Below, piece by piece: positions 24,800-38,474 of a DNA stretch of 57,734 bases. The notes beneath the pieces were generated by a model. It saw nothing but the letters and a program-made list of their open reading frames with translations, made no database searches and was not told the DNA's origin. A program made the translations under genes and the position numbers. This DNA is from Proteromonas lacertae. Lineage: Eukaryota. Within the stretch, counting starts at the first letter, position 1. Each line of letters begins with the position of its first letter. The stretch lies in NCBI GenBank assembly GCA_002245135.1, contig NGBS01001196.1:1-57734 (forward strand). Reading direction: 5' to 3'.

Positions 24800-27700
24800 A
24801 TGAAATTATTATTAGTACTCTTTTGTTTATTAAGTATATTATATATCTATTTATTTAATATAGATGTTGTTTATAGTCAATACACTGTTAGAACAGAATT
24901 GATTGAGATAAAAATAGATGCACCTGTCAATATGTCTATGTTAAGCAATGAAAATGAAATTACATCATGTATAATATATCCCAAATTACCTATTGGGTTG
25001 AACTTATCACCACATTGTGTATTAAGTGGTCAATCGAGTAGAACATTAGAAAAAAGAGAATTTGAGTTGAAATATGGTGATAGTAGTGCTAAATATAAAA
25101 ATAATATAAAAATTGTTGTATATGGAACATTATTGAACTGTAATTATGGAGTATCTGTTGATGGAATTATTATATCTAAAAATGAAGCATTTATAATAAA
25201 TCCACCTCGATGTAATTCACCAATAAAGTTGTGTTCATCTGCTAGTTTACCTATTGGAGTAAATATTGCTGAAAATGGTAAAATTTATACTGAAGGATCG
25301 ACAGTTGAATCTGCAAAAGTGAGTTATACCATAATATGTACTGATGGTACAAATTCTGTGACTATTCCATTAAAATTAGGTATAGGTTCGAATACTGGTT
25401 CGAGTCCCACTTCAATATTTTCATTATCCAACCAATGATTTTTCATTTTATATTTCTAGAGAAGCATCAATAGCACCAACTTATTTAGGAAATATAAAAG
25501 TAGGTGGTTGTAGCTATACATCGTCATTTTCATTAATGGCTGGTTTATCAGTTAATTCGAATACTTGTGTTATTGGTGGTAAATTTACTGTATTTCCTAC
25601 TACTAGTGCTAGAGATCATATTCTTACAGTAACTGCGATATCTGCTGGTGATCTTAGTAATTCTACATTTACTATTAAAATCAGATATATAAGTGATAGT
25701 CATGGAAATTATCAATATGGTTGGTTAATAAAATTCTATAGATTCAAAACTGCAAGTTGTACTACTACCTATTTAAGCCAAACAAATGGTAAAAAAGAAT
25801 TAATATATGTTGGTGTGAGAGATTATATAAACTATACTAAAGGTAATACTTTATGGCCAGAATATGGTTGGCATTTAGAACAACAATCATCCTTAAGTTC
25901 ATATGGTTTTTATCATTTGACAAGTACTACTACTCAAAGAACGTTCTTTGGATATAGTGGCTCAACATTAGTTTATTATTTAAATACTGGTGCGAATTGG
26001 CCAAGAACTGGAAGTGCTAATTGTGCAACACCAACATCTGATTTAATTGGTGGATTATCCAATAGAGCAGAAATACATCAGTATAGAGGAAGTAGGAGCA
26101 GATAATCAATTTAGATATGAAGTTCAAGTTGGAAGTTCATCTGTTACAGCTGGAACAGGTGTATTTATTGGCCCTGATAAAATTGCTCATCAATATTTAG
26201 GATTATTTGAATATTCATTAATGAAAGCAATATATCCAGCACATACAAAAATACCAATAAACAAACCAGTATTGCAAGCATGGTTTATTGCTCGTCCACC
26301 TTCTAGTTATGAAATAGACAGAGAATTACCACTTGGATTAGAATTTGATCCATACAACAGGATATATTAGTGGATATACTGATGAAATTATTGAATCGAA
26401 GTATTATACAATTACTGTTAGAGGAAAAGATGCAAGTAATCCATATGCAATAACATGTGAAATAGAAATAGGAATTGAAGAGTTTACTACTTTTATAAAT
26501 GAAATAAGCTGTGATAATATAATGGTATTAGGAAGAGTTGATTATGAAATAACTCCGATTAGTTGTTCATGTAAAAATGGTATTAGAATGTTGTTTCACT
26601 CAACTGATTTACCGTTGGGTTTAAAGATAAGTGATGATGGTATAATAAGTGGAACTCCATTAGAAGAATTATCAGGTCATAATTCAACAATCTATGGTTA
26701 TTCCATAAATGGAGTTAGTTCAATCGAAATCCAGTTTAATGTCACAACAGCTTGTAATTTCAATTTGTTTTACTTTAGTTATACTCTTGAAACTCCAGGA
26801 ACAGTGTTTACTATTAAACAAGATAATGAAATATTAGTATCAGCTAATGATACTGGAGGAATAGGGAAAGAAAATGTAGTAGTTGTATGTGCAAAAAGAC
26901 AATCAAATTTAGTATTAATTATAAATAGTAATGCAATAATTGGTGGAAGATTTCAACTTCGTCGAAATAAAGAATTAGTATTATATTCAGGAAAAGTAGA
27001 AGATTTGTCAGATCATAGAGAAATAGTTATTACATTTCCTAAAGATGGAATTCCAATTGTTGCATATCCTGATATGACTAATTTGATAATTGGATTTGAA
27101 TATTATATTGGTCCAATAGTGACAAATGGTGGTTATTTATTTGAAGTAGAAAATAACAATGGAGAAATAAAATTTGATAATGTAACTGGTGCTTTTTATG
27201 GAGTTATTGAATCTGCATTTGATGAAGTGTTTAAAGTAAAAGCAACAAATAAGAATGGTAAAAGTTCATTGACTGAAGTACATATTATTTCATCAAAATG
27301 TGATAATGATAAACAATTATTCAAATTACATATTGTTATTGGTGAAGCTGATAATGGTATAGCTTCAATATTGATTAAAAGAAAAACAGATTCTAGAATT
27401 ATCTTTTCATTAGATCATATTATTGCATTAACATTTGATAGAACATTTTGTGAATTACAAGGTGATTATACTACTTTATACTCATTCACATCTTCATCAA
27501 ATATAAAAATTCAGTTATCAGATATAGATGTAACAACAAAATTACTTCCAGGAATAGGATATGGTCAAGATTTCTTTGTGTATAGAGTATATAATGGAGA
27601 AGGTAATTGGTATTATACTTCCACATATCAATCTGATTGGATTACTACAACTGCTTTTGATTCATGGACAGCCAAACCAATGGGTGAATTTGAAGAAGTA

Positions 27701-30700
27701 AATGAAATAGTGAGATATTATAAATATCCATTTACAGTTCCACATACTGATTTAAGTACAGCGATAGTATTGTCATTAACATATGCTGGTGGTATAGCTG
27801 TTTACATAAATGGACATTTCGTTTATATTAATAATTTACCTGATGGTTATACACATGATACTCCAAGTAGTTCAGATACTACACAAACTATTCAAGTACC
27901 AATAGTTACTGCTTACTTTCAAAAGAGATGGAAGTGATAATTATATTTCCATAGAAAGTCATTTCCAAACTTCAATGAGTGAAAAAGAAAAATTAAAAGT
28001 AGATATGCAATATATGGGAATAAATCAATGTATGAATACTCCAAGTATTGATGATGTTACTATTACTTCATTTGCTACAATAAATGATGGTTCTATAAGA
28101 GATGCTATACTTGTTGAATCGCCTGTAACTGCACTTTTTAAATCAGTTATGTATAGTGATCATAATGGTGCTGGTGGAGCATTTTATTTTGAATATGGTA
28201 GTTATAATGCTTATGAAAATTCCTGGTTTAAATATAAATATAAATATCCAATAATGATCTCTAAATATCTCTTTAGTTCAAACGGTGGAACAAGTGATTA
28301 TCTTTATTTTGCTATAAGTTGGGATGTATTAGGATCAAATGATGATAGAACATGGGATATATTACATTCAGTAAGAAGATCTGCTCAGCCACAAACATTT
28401 CCAGAAGATAGACCTTATTACATACCATATTTAAAAGGACAATACAAATATTACATGTTCAATGTAACAGCAAGAGGTGATAATAATCAAGTAATAGGAA
28501 GTAAATATAGAACAGCAGGAATATTTCCATCAATATGTAATTATCCACAAACTTGTGGTGATATTCCAATGGGAAGTGAGAATTATTTCATGTGTCCAGA
28601 AGGTCAAGAATCAAATCGTAAAACCACTACTTCTGAACCAATAAGAATAGTAAGAGAATGTAAGAATGTGAAAGGTGTTGCTACTATTCAAGATGATAAT
28701 TATGGTGGAAATACTTGTTCTAAACAGCATATAATCTTTGATACTTCTTCAAATAAAGTAACAGGAATAATAGGAAGAGAAGTTCCAACTTATAGATCCT
28801 ATTTGTTTGTTGATCGAAATACAACTACAACTATAACATCTTCCCCAAAATTACCAAAGGGAGTGAAAATAGATCAATTAAGTGGAAGAATATATGGTAT
28901 AGCTAAAGAAGTAAGAGGAAATCAAGCTTATACAATAACTGTTACTAATAATGATTATCCAGACGGAAGAAGGACAGTATCAAAAACAATAAATTTGGAA
29001 ATATTAACTCAATATTGTGATGTTGATGATATTTGGCCTAAAACTGAATATAATCATACAGCTTCATTAGAATGTGATGAAGGCTGTGGAGGAAATCAAA
29101 ATAGAGAATGTAGATTAATAGATGGAACATCTGTCTGGATGAGTGGAATTGATTATAGTGGTTGCTTTTATCCTAAATCAATCATCTATCCAAATGTAAC
29201 AAGTCATTTCTACAATGGTATTGGAACAATAACACCTAAAATTACTTCAATAGAAAATAAAGATTTAACATTCAAAATAATATCTGAAGATGAAGTATCA
29301 AAGTTATTAAGTATTGATGAAAGGAGTGGAGTAATAAGTGGTGTTTTATCTTCTGATATAATATCAAAAGATTATGAAATCTTTGTGAATATAAGTGGAA
29401 ATCATACAATAACAAGTTCTTTTATAATAAGTGTTGATATAATACTTCCAAATATTAGTTATATAAATGATAATTATAAAGGTGTAGTTGGTTTGAGTTT
29501 TGAAATTGAAGCTGGTATAATAGTTGGATATGAATCTCAATTATCAATATTTCCTGATATTTCAACAATGAATGTTGGTTTATCATTTGATTCTTCAAAT
29601 GGTAAAATCAGTGGAAAAGCAAGTAAATCAATAAATGAAACATTTATGATAACCTTGTCAAGTGGAGATTTGCCTTCATCTTCATTTGAAATGAGAATAT
29701 TAATAGAAGTGTTTGAATATGTATTTGGTAAGATTTACAAAAGTGATATATTGTCAATATATCCAAAAGGTATAGTTAAAGATTCGATATTCTCATTTAA
29801 AGAAGATAGTGTCAAAGTTATTTTAAATAGTATGAATATATATTTAGATGAGAATAATGGTAGATTATATACACCTGAGAATCTAAAAGTCAATTCTACT
29901 TTAGGTATAACAACAATTACAATAATACAAACATTAAATGGAAAATCAATTGAAACTGAATTTACCTTAACAATACTAAAATACACATTCAATTATACTG
30001 ATGTGAAAGACATATACCATCAAGGTGAGTTATTTGAACTTATACCAAATACCAAGTATGATAATGTAATGAAATTTAAATTAATGAATAATATTGATAA
30101 TACTTTGAAGATATTAGGAATAGAATTTAATTCCAATACAGGTGTAATATCAAGTAATATAATATTAGATATAGTAGAAAATCATGCATTAATTATAAAC
30201 ATTATACAAAAATTGATTGATGGTAAAGAACTAGAAGCAGAAGTAATTCTAAATCTCTATTATCCTAAACCTCCAGATTTTATATATGTTATGGATGAGA
30301 TGTATTACAAACAAGATGAAATTGATATATTTCCAAGTAAAAAGAGTGAAAATTCAATATTTATACTTGATCCTGTTGAAATAGAAAGCAAATTGAATGA
30401 TATAGGAATAATATTCAATAAAACAACTGGAATATTAAAAAGTGATAGTATAACTGGTTATATGAATGAAACATTTAAAATAATTCAAAGTAATGGTTAT
30501 AATCCAGATAATAATGAATATACAATGACATTGATAGTAGTGGATATTCCAACTACTCAACCTCCAACTACAGTTAAACCAACTACAGTTAAACCAACTA
30601 CAGGCCAACTACAATCAAGCCACTACAACTCCAACTACTGTAAAGCCAACTACACTACTCCAACTACAACCAACTACTGTAAAGCCAACTACAATACAAT

Positions 30701-33595
30701 TACTCCAACTACAATTAAACCAACTACTGTAAAGCCAACTACAATGTACAGCCAACTACAATACTCCAACTACAGTAAAGCCAACTACAATTACTCCAAA
30801 TACAGTTACTCCAACAACAATCAAACCAACTCCTCCTGCATTAATATCAGTAGATTTACCTTCTTATAATATCCTGGTGGTGGAAAAAATAAACAAATTA
30901 ATACCTGATTCAATATCAACAGTAGAAAATGTAAATAGAGAAGCAGAAGAATTGAATTTCAAACCATCAATTAAGAATCATATAAAAATCGAAAATACAA
31001 TAACCAAAAATAAAGAGAATGATGTAAATACACTTCCATATGCTTCAGAATCAACAACTAAAGAATTCTTAGATTCAATAAAGGATAAAAAGAATGATCT
31101 ATATTCATTTACACAATCCTATTCAATAAAAATGGATAAATATGAATTATTGAATATTGAAAGTAATAAAAGATTAGACTTTGGCAATAATAAGTTGAAT
31201 TTACAGTTTTCTTTATATAAAGTAAGAAGAAGATTATTAGATGAGGAAAATAATAATAATAATAATAATACATATTCAATGAGATTATTTGATGATTTGT
31301 ATAATGTGACGATAGAGAATGTAGAAATTAATGTTTATATGAAAGGAAATAAAAACGAAGTTGTTATAAGAGAATGTGGAATATTTGGTTCATTAAAAGA
31401 TTCAATATTAAAGAATATAAAACTGAAATTCTTTAACAATATTCGATTTGATTGTAATTACAATTCAACAACAAATGGATTAATAAGTGGTAAAAGTGAG
31501 AATGTGACATTTGAGAATATTGAGATAGAATTCTATAAAGATAATATAAGAACAATTGCAATAGAAAATAAAGATTCAAATATATTTGGAATGATTGTTG
31601 GTGAAGGAAGTAATATTAGAATCATTAATTGTAATGTATTTGGTGATATAATGACAGTGATAAATAATGGAAATAATACCAAAGACAATAGTAGCACATT
31701 TGGTGGATTAATAGGAAAATGTAATGATAAATGTGAAATAAGTAAATCTTATATTCAAGTGAATAATATTCTGCTATATCAAAGTATGATATTTGGTGGT
31801 TTAATTGGTTCATTGGCTGAAGGAAGTGAGATGAAAGTAAGTAATTCATTTGTGTATATTGAAGATGGTTTAAGAATTGGAGTAGATAAAGATCAAAAAG
31901 AGTTTGTATATGGAAGTTTTATTGGTGATACAAACAGATGTAAAGAAGTGAATATTGACAATAGTTGGGCAATTTTCATAACAATGGGTATAGAGATAAA
32001 CACAACAACAACCAATTTCGGTGGAATGATAGGAAGAATAGGTGAAATTAACAAAGAAAATACAATAACCGTAACAAATTCTACAATGCAAATGCCAATT
32101 GGTCATAACACATTCATATTTAGAAATGGAAATGATGATATAGAAGAATCTCCAAATGTTGGTTTTATATTTGGAACAAATATATCTGAAAGTAAATCTT
32201 ATAGATTACATCATACAATGGCTTATGTAGAATCCTGTAATCCAAATTCCAAGTGCAAATCTCCTCAAATGTCTTATCAACCAACTGGACAATATCCATA
32301 TATTCCTACAAAAAGAGTATTATCTCCAACAGATAGTAATTATTGTAGTGGATCAGGAGTATTAATTGATAATAATAATGGATTGTTTGTACGTCATGAA
32401 AATCAAGGAAATGAAATTTTGTAATTCTTTTGGAAGAACAATTTGTGAAGGATATAATGGAATATGTTATGATCCATTATCCTTTAGTCCATGTAAATTA
32501 CCAAAAGAAAAAGATGAATTGAGATTAATAAAAGATATAATACATTTAATATCAACCAATAGATTATGTCCAAATGAATGTTCAAAACATGGAGTATGTG
32601 TATATGGAGAATGTCGATGTTTTCCAGGTTTTACTTCATTCAATTGTAAATTAAGAACATGTCCATATGGAAGTCCAATATCCAATCCATCAAATGATTA
32701 TGAGAAAGAAAAAAGAGTGAATTATGAATGTTCAAATCAAGGAAGATGTAATCGAGAGAGTGGATTATGTGAATGTTTTAATGGATTTGAAGGAAATGCT
32801 TGTCAAAGAACAAAATGTCCAAATGAATGTAATAATCATGGAATTTGTATGACATTAAGTGAAGCTGAATTAAGTAAAGAAAAAGGAAATATAAATGATA
32901 ATGATGAAAACAATTATGATATAAATTATATAAAGAAATATGAAAAATGGGATAAAGAATCAATTCAAGTATGTGTTTGTGATAAAGAATATCGAGGAGT
33001 TGATTGTTCAATTCGAAAATGTCCTTATGGTTATTTGGCTGATAGTGAATGTGATTCCTTATCTCAAAGTGAAATAACAATTACATATAAACCACAATCA
33101 TCTCAAGGAATAGGAAATAATGATAAAATCTATGTGAAATATACAGATCCATTTAATCGAGTATGGTTTACAAAGAGTTTTAGTATTAAATCACAGAATG
33201 AATGGTTAGATGCTTTAGGTTCTTTACCTCCAGATACAATATCAATTGAAGATATTACAGTAGAAAATAATCAGTTAAATAAGATAATCACAATTGCAAT
33301 TACATTTTCAAAATATCAAACTGGAAGACAATATCCAATGGAAATAATCGGAAGTAAAGAAATAAAAGAGATTGTTGAATTACAAGATAAAGTGAATGGA
33401 TATTATCATTGGATAAATCCAAATTTGAGTGATATTCTTGATACTGAAAATGGATTATTTAAATGTGAAATGGATTATACTCAAATATCTGTAGAATGTA
33501 GTGATAATGGAATATGTGATATAAAAAGAGGAATATGTAATTGTTTTGATGGATTTAGAGGAATTGCTTGTTCAGAAATAGATGAAGCTTTTTAA
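24800..33595 (+). CDS. Giant (~2,900 aa) secreted/surface protein: He_PIG-type Ig repeats, beta-sandwich modules, P/T stalk, GLUG-like solenoid and C-terminal Sig1/OCM mastigoneme-like EGF module
   Basis: Signal peptide with a 30-nt intron at ~24834-24863. LPxGLx(I/F)DxxxGxISGTP repeats; PTTVK repeats at 30548-30835; FGGLIG/FGGMIG repeats; terminal CPNECS.HG.C...CPYG...ECSNQGRCNRESGLCECFNGFEGNACQRTKCPNEC...WD...CVCD...DCSIRKCPYG...ECSDNGICD..RG.C.CF.GF.G.AC. The overlapping ORFs are joined by probable indel errors. Confidence 0.72.
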
Positions 33596-33869
33596 TTGTT
33601 GTTCATACTTTTATATATGTATTTAGCATGATTTATGGGAAATTTAATACTTCAAAAGAATCATAAACCAAATAGTTTATTTAAAATATTGATAAGCAAT
33701 AATTTAACAAGCATTATTAAATAACTATTGTCTTCTTTATAATAAATCAAACCAAATTAATTTTCGATTGAGTTTGATTCTATTTGTTTGTGTTATTTTA
33801 TTGTTTCTATACCTGCTCCACATAATAATAAAAAGAAAGAAAAAAGAAATAAAGAAAAAGAATAAAAAA

Positions 33870-33985
33870 GAATCGTTACTATGACTTCGCACAGAGTCCC
33901 CCACTGTACTACTATCATAGCTCGTACAATCTTAACTTCGCAGTTCTGATGGGATGCGGTGCTTTATTGTAGATATGAACGATTC
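33870..33985 (-). rRNA. 5S rRNA
   Basis: Reverse complement of 36034-36149, followed on the minus strand by oligo-T runs. Confidence 0.93.
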
Positions 33986-36033
33986 TGATTATTTTTTCAC
34001 TCTTTTTCTTATATATCACTCTCTCTTTTATAATTTCTTATAAACAATTAATATCATTCTAATAATGTTATAATAAAAGAAAATATACTATATATCAATC
34101 TATTCATGTTATTATATCATTATCTATGCTTAATGATGATTTAAAGAGAAAAAATGAAAAATGATGAAAGAAACGGCTAAATATTTATAAATATAAAAAA
34201 TATTTTTGTGAAATTAATGTGTAAATGATGTTTAATGGTGAATATTAACATATATTACTTAAGTATGGTGTTAATTTTATTAATATGGACAAAATAAATG
34301 AAGAAAGAAACAGATTTCAAATCCTTTTCAGAGTGGAACAACCTGATGATGTTATAAAGATGTAGAAAATAGTTTAAATTTAAAAATGATGTAATTGAGC
34401 ATAATTGTGATGATTTGTATAAATTGTGAATTTGTGTAAGATAAAATGAGTTTAAAGAAATAAAGATGTGATATTTGATTAATTTGAATCTTATTATTCC
34501 GATTATTTATATGATGATGTAAGATAAGTGAATATAGAAAAAGTGATTAACAATAGTCTTGATTTGAAAGTGTCAAATATCTTAATATCTAAGAAGATGT
34601 AGTAGATTATTTGAGGATGATATTATCTCTAGATTTGTATGTATTGAAAAATAAAAGTTATTATTTGATGAATTATTGTAATGATATTTTGATGTGAAAT
34701 AGAAGTGTGATAATTTTGTATTTAAATGAAATACTCAATTGAAAGATTAATAGAAATGGTTATTGTTAATATTATAATATGATTTTATGTTTTATGATGA
34801 TGGTTAAAAAGGAGAAAGAAAAAAATAGTTTGAATATATATTATTTACATATTTTAAACCGTTAATAAAATAAAACTCTATTAAACCTTTATTGTATATT
34901 TGTTTGTATTGTTTTCTTGTGTGTAAGATGTAAAAATATTGTAATAGAAGAATAATGAAAGATTAATTGTTTCTATACAAATATACAACACACATAAAAT
35001 ATTAATAATATAAAATAAAATATAAAACTTTTCTCTCATCATTCTCTATTATAAATATAAAATATTCCAATCATAATCCAATTTCCATATATACATATTA
35101 ATCACTTACATAACTTATATTAAATATTATTCAAACTAATTTCAATGGCAATTCTGTAAGGATTATTTATATCAACTACTTCTTTCATTCTATTTTTCTT
35201 CCTCCTCCATTTTAACCATCATCATAAAACATAAAATCATATTATAATATTAACAATAACCATTTCTATTAATCTTTCAATTGAGTATTTCATTTAAATA
35301 CAAAATTATCACACTTCTATTTCACATCAAAATATCATTACAATAATTCATCAAATAATAACTTTTATTTTTCAATACATACAAATCTAGAGATAATATC
35401 ATCCTCAAATAATCTACTACATCTTCTTAGATATTAAGATATTTGACACTTTCAAATCAAGACTATTGTTAATCACTTTTTCTATATTCACTTATCTTAC
35501 ATCATCATATAAATAATCGGAATAATAAGATTCAAATTAATCAAATATCACATCTTTATTTCTTTAAACTCATTTTATCTTACACAAATTCACAATTTAT
35601 ACAAATCATCACAATTATGCTCAATTACATCATTTTTAAATTTAAACTATTTTCTACATCTTTATAACATCATCAGGTTGTTCCACTCTGAAAAGGATTT
35701 GAAATCTGTTTCTTTCTTCATTTATTTTGTCCATATTAATAAAATTAACACCATACTTAAGTAATATATGTTAATATTCACCATTAAACATCATTTACAC
35801 ATTAATTTCACAAAAATATTTTTTATATTTATAAATATTTAGCCGTTTCTTTCATCATTTTTCATTTTTTCTCTTTAAATCATCATTAAGCATAGATAAT
35901 GATATAATAACATGAATAGATTGATATATAGTATATTTTCTTTTATTATAACATTATTAGAATGATATTAATTGTTTATAAGAAATTATAAAAGAGAGAG
36001 TGATATATAAGAAAAAGAGTGAAAAAATAATCA

Positions 36034-36149
36034 GAATCGTTCATATCTACAATAAAGCACCGCATCCCATCAGAACTGCGAAGTTAAGATTGTACGAGCT
36101 ATGATAGTAGTACAGTGGGGGACTCTGTGCGAAGTCATAGTAACGATTC
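36034..36149 (+). rRNA. 5S rRNA
   Basis: gaatcgttcatatctacaataaagcaccgcatcccatcagaactgcgaagttaag...agtagtacagtgggggactctgtgcgaagtc...aacgattc. It has terminal helix I (gaatcgtt/aacgattc), the conserved gcaccg.atccc.tc.gaac..cgaagttaag A-box region, a length of 116 nt plus terminal U residues, and oligo-T Pol III terminators. Confidence 0.95.
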
Positions 36150-36190
36150 TTTTTATTCTTTTTCTTTATTTCTTTTTTCTTTCTTTTTAT
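36150..36190 (+). terminator. Pol III oligo(T) terminator cluster after 5S (mirror copy ~33830-33869)
   Basis: tttttattctttttctttatttcttttttct lies directly 3' of the 5S gene. Confidence 0.75.
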
Positions 36191-36414
36191 TATTATGTGG
36201 AGCAGGTATAGAAACAATAAAATAACACAAACAAATAGAATCAAACTCAATCGAAAATTAATTTGTGTAGATTTATTAAAGAAAAGATTAGAATCAATTC
36301 ATAGAAAGATTTATCTTAATTTTACTCTCATGATTAATATTAAACCTAATTCAACACACATAATTTCTCTAAATGGCAAATTTATAGCCAGATAGTCCAA
36401 TAATCAAACAACTT

Positions 36415-37560
36415 TTAATCAGTTGCTTTTAATGAAGATCTTTCTTGATGAGATGTCTTTACAACAAGTTCTCTTCTGTTGATTATTGCATAACCAACTA
36501 AACTAATAATAATCAAAGTACCAATAACTACACCATAAGAAATACCAATTGCTTCTCCAGTCTTACTAGCTGATCTGGTTTGTGGTTATTCATAAATATC
36601 AGTTTGTCTTACAATAACAGACGAATAAGCTATATCAGGAGAAGAAGAATGTAAATCATTTTCAAAAGCATCAGATTTTAAGATATTCGATGTAATTGAG
36701 ATTATTGTATTTCGATAATTCTTTGGAGCTGTAATAAATGCAATTGTTCTTACTAAATTTGATGTCATATCCATATTATCTTTATCCCAATCTAATCTCA
36801 CATTCGTTCTATCAACATCAAATGAAACTGCACTTCTTAAATGAGTTATTAATAGATTTCTAATTATCACAAATGCTTGAGGATTTACTGCTTGACCAGA
36901 TACACCAGTTGTATAATCTATTTCTGTCTTAGTGATTATTTTTCCACTTACTAATGGAGGATCTTCTACATATTCTCTACAATCTGTATCATCTACAGAT
37001 TGCCATTTTGGATTTAAGTAATTATCACCTCTACATTGTCTTTGAAGAACACCTGTCTTACCATCTTTACATAATATATAAGCAGAAGTTGCTGGCCATT
37101 CGCCATTAGCTGGACATGTATTGGAAATGATTTGAAGATAAACATTTGTGTAATAAATTCCATTAAGATTCCTTTATAATGTTTCTTTCATTAATTCAGA
37201 TGGTCTTCCACTGAATTTACCTTCACTGAATGTTATACCAGCTGGTAAAGTAGGATAATCAGGTAAAATTCATTCTAATACATTATATTTAATATTTGGT
37301 GTTAAATCTTCTTCTCCCTAAACTGGTTTAGAATCTAATACTGTACATGTTCTATAGGAATAACCCATATAACCTTCACTACAAGCTATTTGACCTCTTT
37401 CACCTACATTCGTTGCTGGATAACCATTTTCTGCACTACATGTTGATGCAATTACTTCCAATTGGATTGTATATGTCTTTGTTGTTTGATCTCTTGCAAC
37501 TATACCAGTTATTGTGTAAGTCATTAATTTTCTAGTTACTGTACCAATCTTATTTACATA
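36415..37560 (-). pseudogene. 5'-truncated He_PIG-type surface membrane protein relic
   Basis: TYTITG...TCSAENGYPATNVGE...CSEGYMG...LPAGITFSEGKFSGRP...CPANGEWPA..., TM GVVIGTLIIISLVGYAII and tail ...LKATD*. In-frame stops at 37318 (TAG) and 36586 (TAA). The 5' part is replaced by the dispersed repeat. Confidence 0.75.
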
Positions 37561-37639
37561 TAAACAATACCTTTTAACACTATTACTAAGTACTTATTCA
37601 TTCACATAAATCATTTACACAAACATCTCATATCACATA

Positions 37640-38275
37640 TAATTCATCATTTTATATTTCTTTCATTGGTTTCTCACATTCTCACTATTCTTTTCTTTCT
37701 AACAGTCTCTACATGCTCATATCATTTCATCCAACATTCTATTATTATATACATCAAAATCTACATACACTTATTTTCATTCAATAGATTGAAAATCAGA
37801 AAATTCTAAAAATTTCATCAAGCCTAATGATTATTCAAACCCAATAAACAAAGAAATGCTATTTTTGTGCTTACTATGAAGTATAATGGTGAAATGATGT
37901 GTATTTCGATGATGATGATAATGATGAAATATGTGACTATGTATAGAATAGATGATAATATTTGGTATAATTGTAAAAGTGAGTGAAAGGTAATATTAGA
38001 ATTACATAAAATAAAAGATGATATAAAACAGTGAAATCTAATGTTTAATGGTTTATTGTAGTATAGTGATCCAAAATTGTGTATAAGTTGTTTTTGAACA
38101 GTTTAAAAGCCAGTGTATGATGATAATATGATAATGTGAATATGATGTGAGTGTAAGTGTGGTGAATATATAATTGTGTAGAGTAATAAAAGTGAAAATA
38201 AGAATATATTCGAGAAAATTCTGAGAAAAGAATCAAGCCAAATATATTTTAAGAATATTTTATTTATAAAAATCA
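37640..38275 (+). repeat. Dispersed subtelomeric repeat R, full copy 1
   Basis: High-identity reverse complement of 40619-41240; partial copies at ~43900-43985 (-), ~45085-45265 (+) and ~46445-46645 (+). Non-coding. Confidence 0.9.
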
Positions 38276-38474
38276 AGATGAATAAATGTATGTTGAAATA
38301 TAGTGAAAAAAATGATATAGAATTGTATATAATAAATTTACATTAATAGTATTTTGAAGTTGCATATTATTTAAATGTAGAGAGTATGAATATTAATGAA
38401 ATAAATTCTTTAGAAATAGATAGAATAATTTATTTTGAAAAATGAAATGTGAAAAATGTTTTAATAATAAATAT

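Larger units (their letters stand above)
33753..36265. repeat. Large near-perfect palindrome: arms 33753-34809 and 35210-36265 (~1,056 bp), spacer ~400 bp
   Basis: Continuous reverse-complement identity wherever compared, apart from a homopolymer-length difference; each arm contains a 5S gene. Confidence 0.97.

Noticed and set aside
9340..32430. Programmed frameshifting or pseudogenisation explaining split ORFs in ABCA, the lipase, paralogs A/B and the giant protein
   Set aside because: The breaks are scattered single-base indels, mostly in homopolymers or repeats, inside otherwise well-conserved genes. This is the pattern of long-read consensus error.
36047..36395. ORFs 36047-36250 and 36195-36395
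   Set aside because: They overlap the 5S rRNA gene and its terminator or flank, and have no protein-like features.
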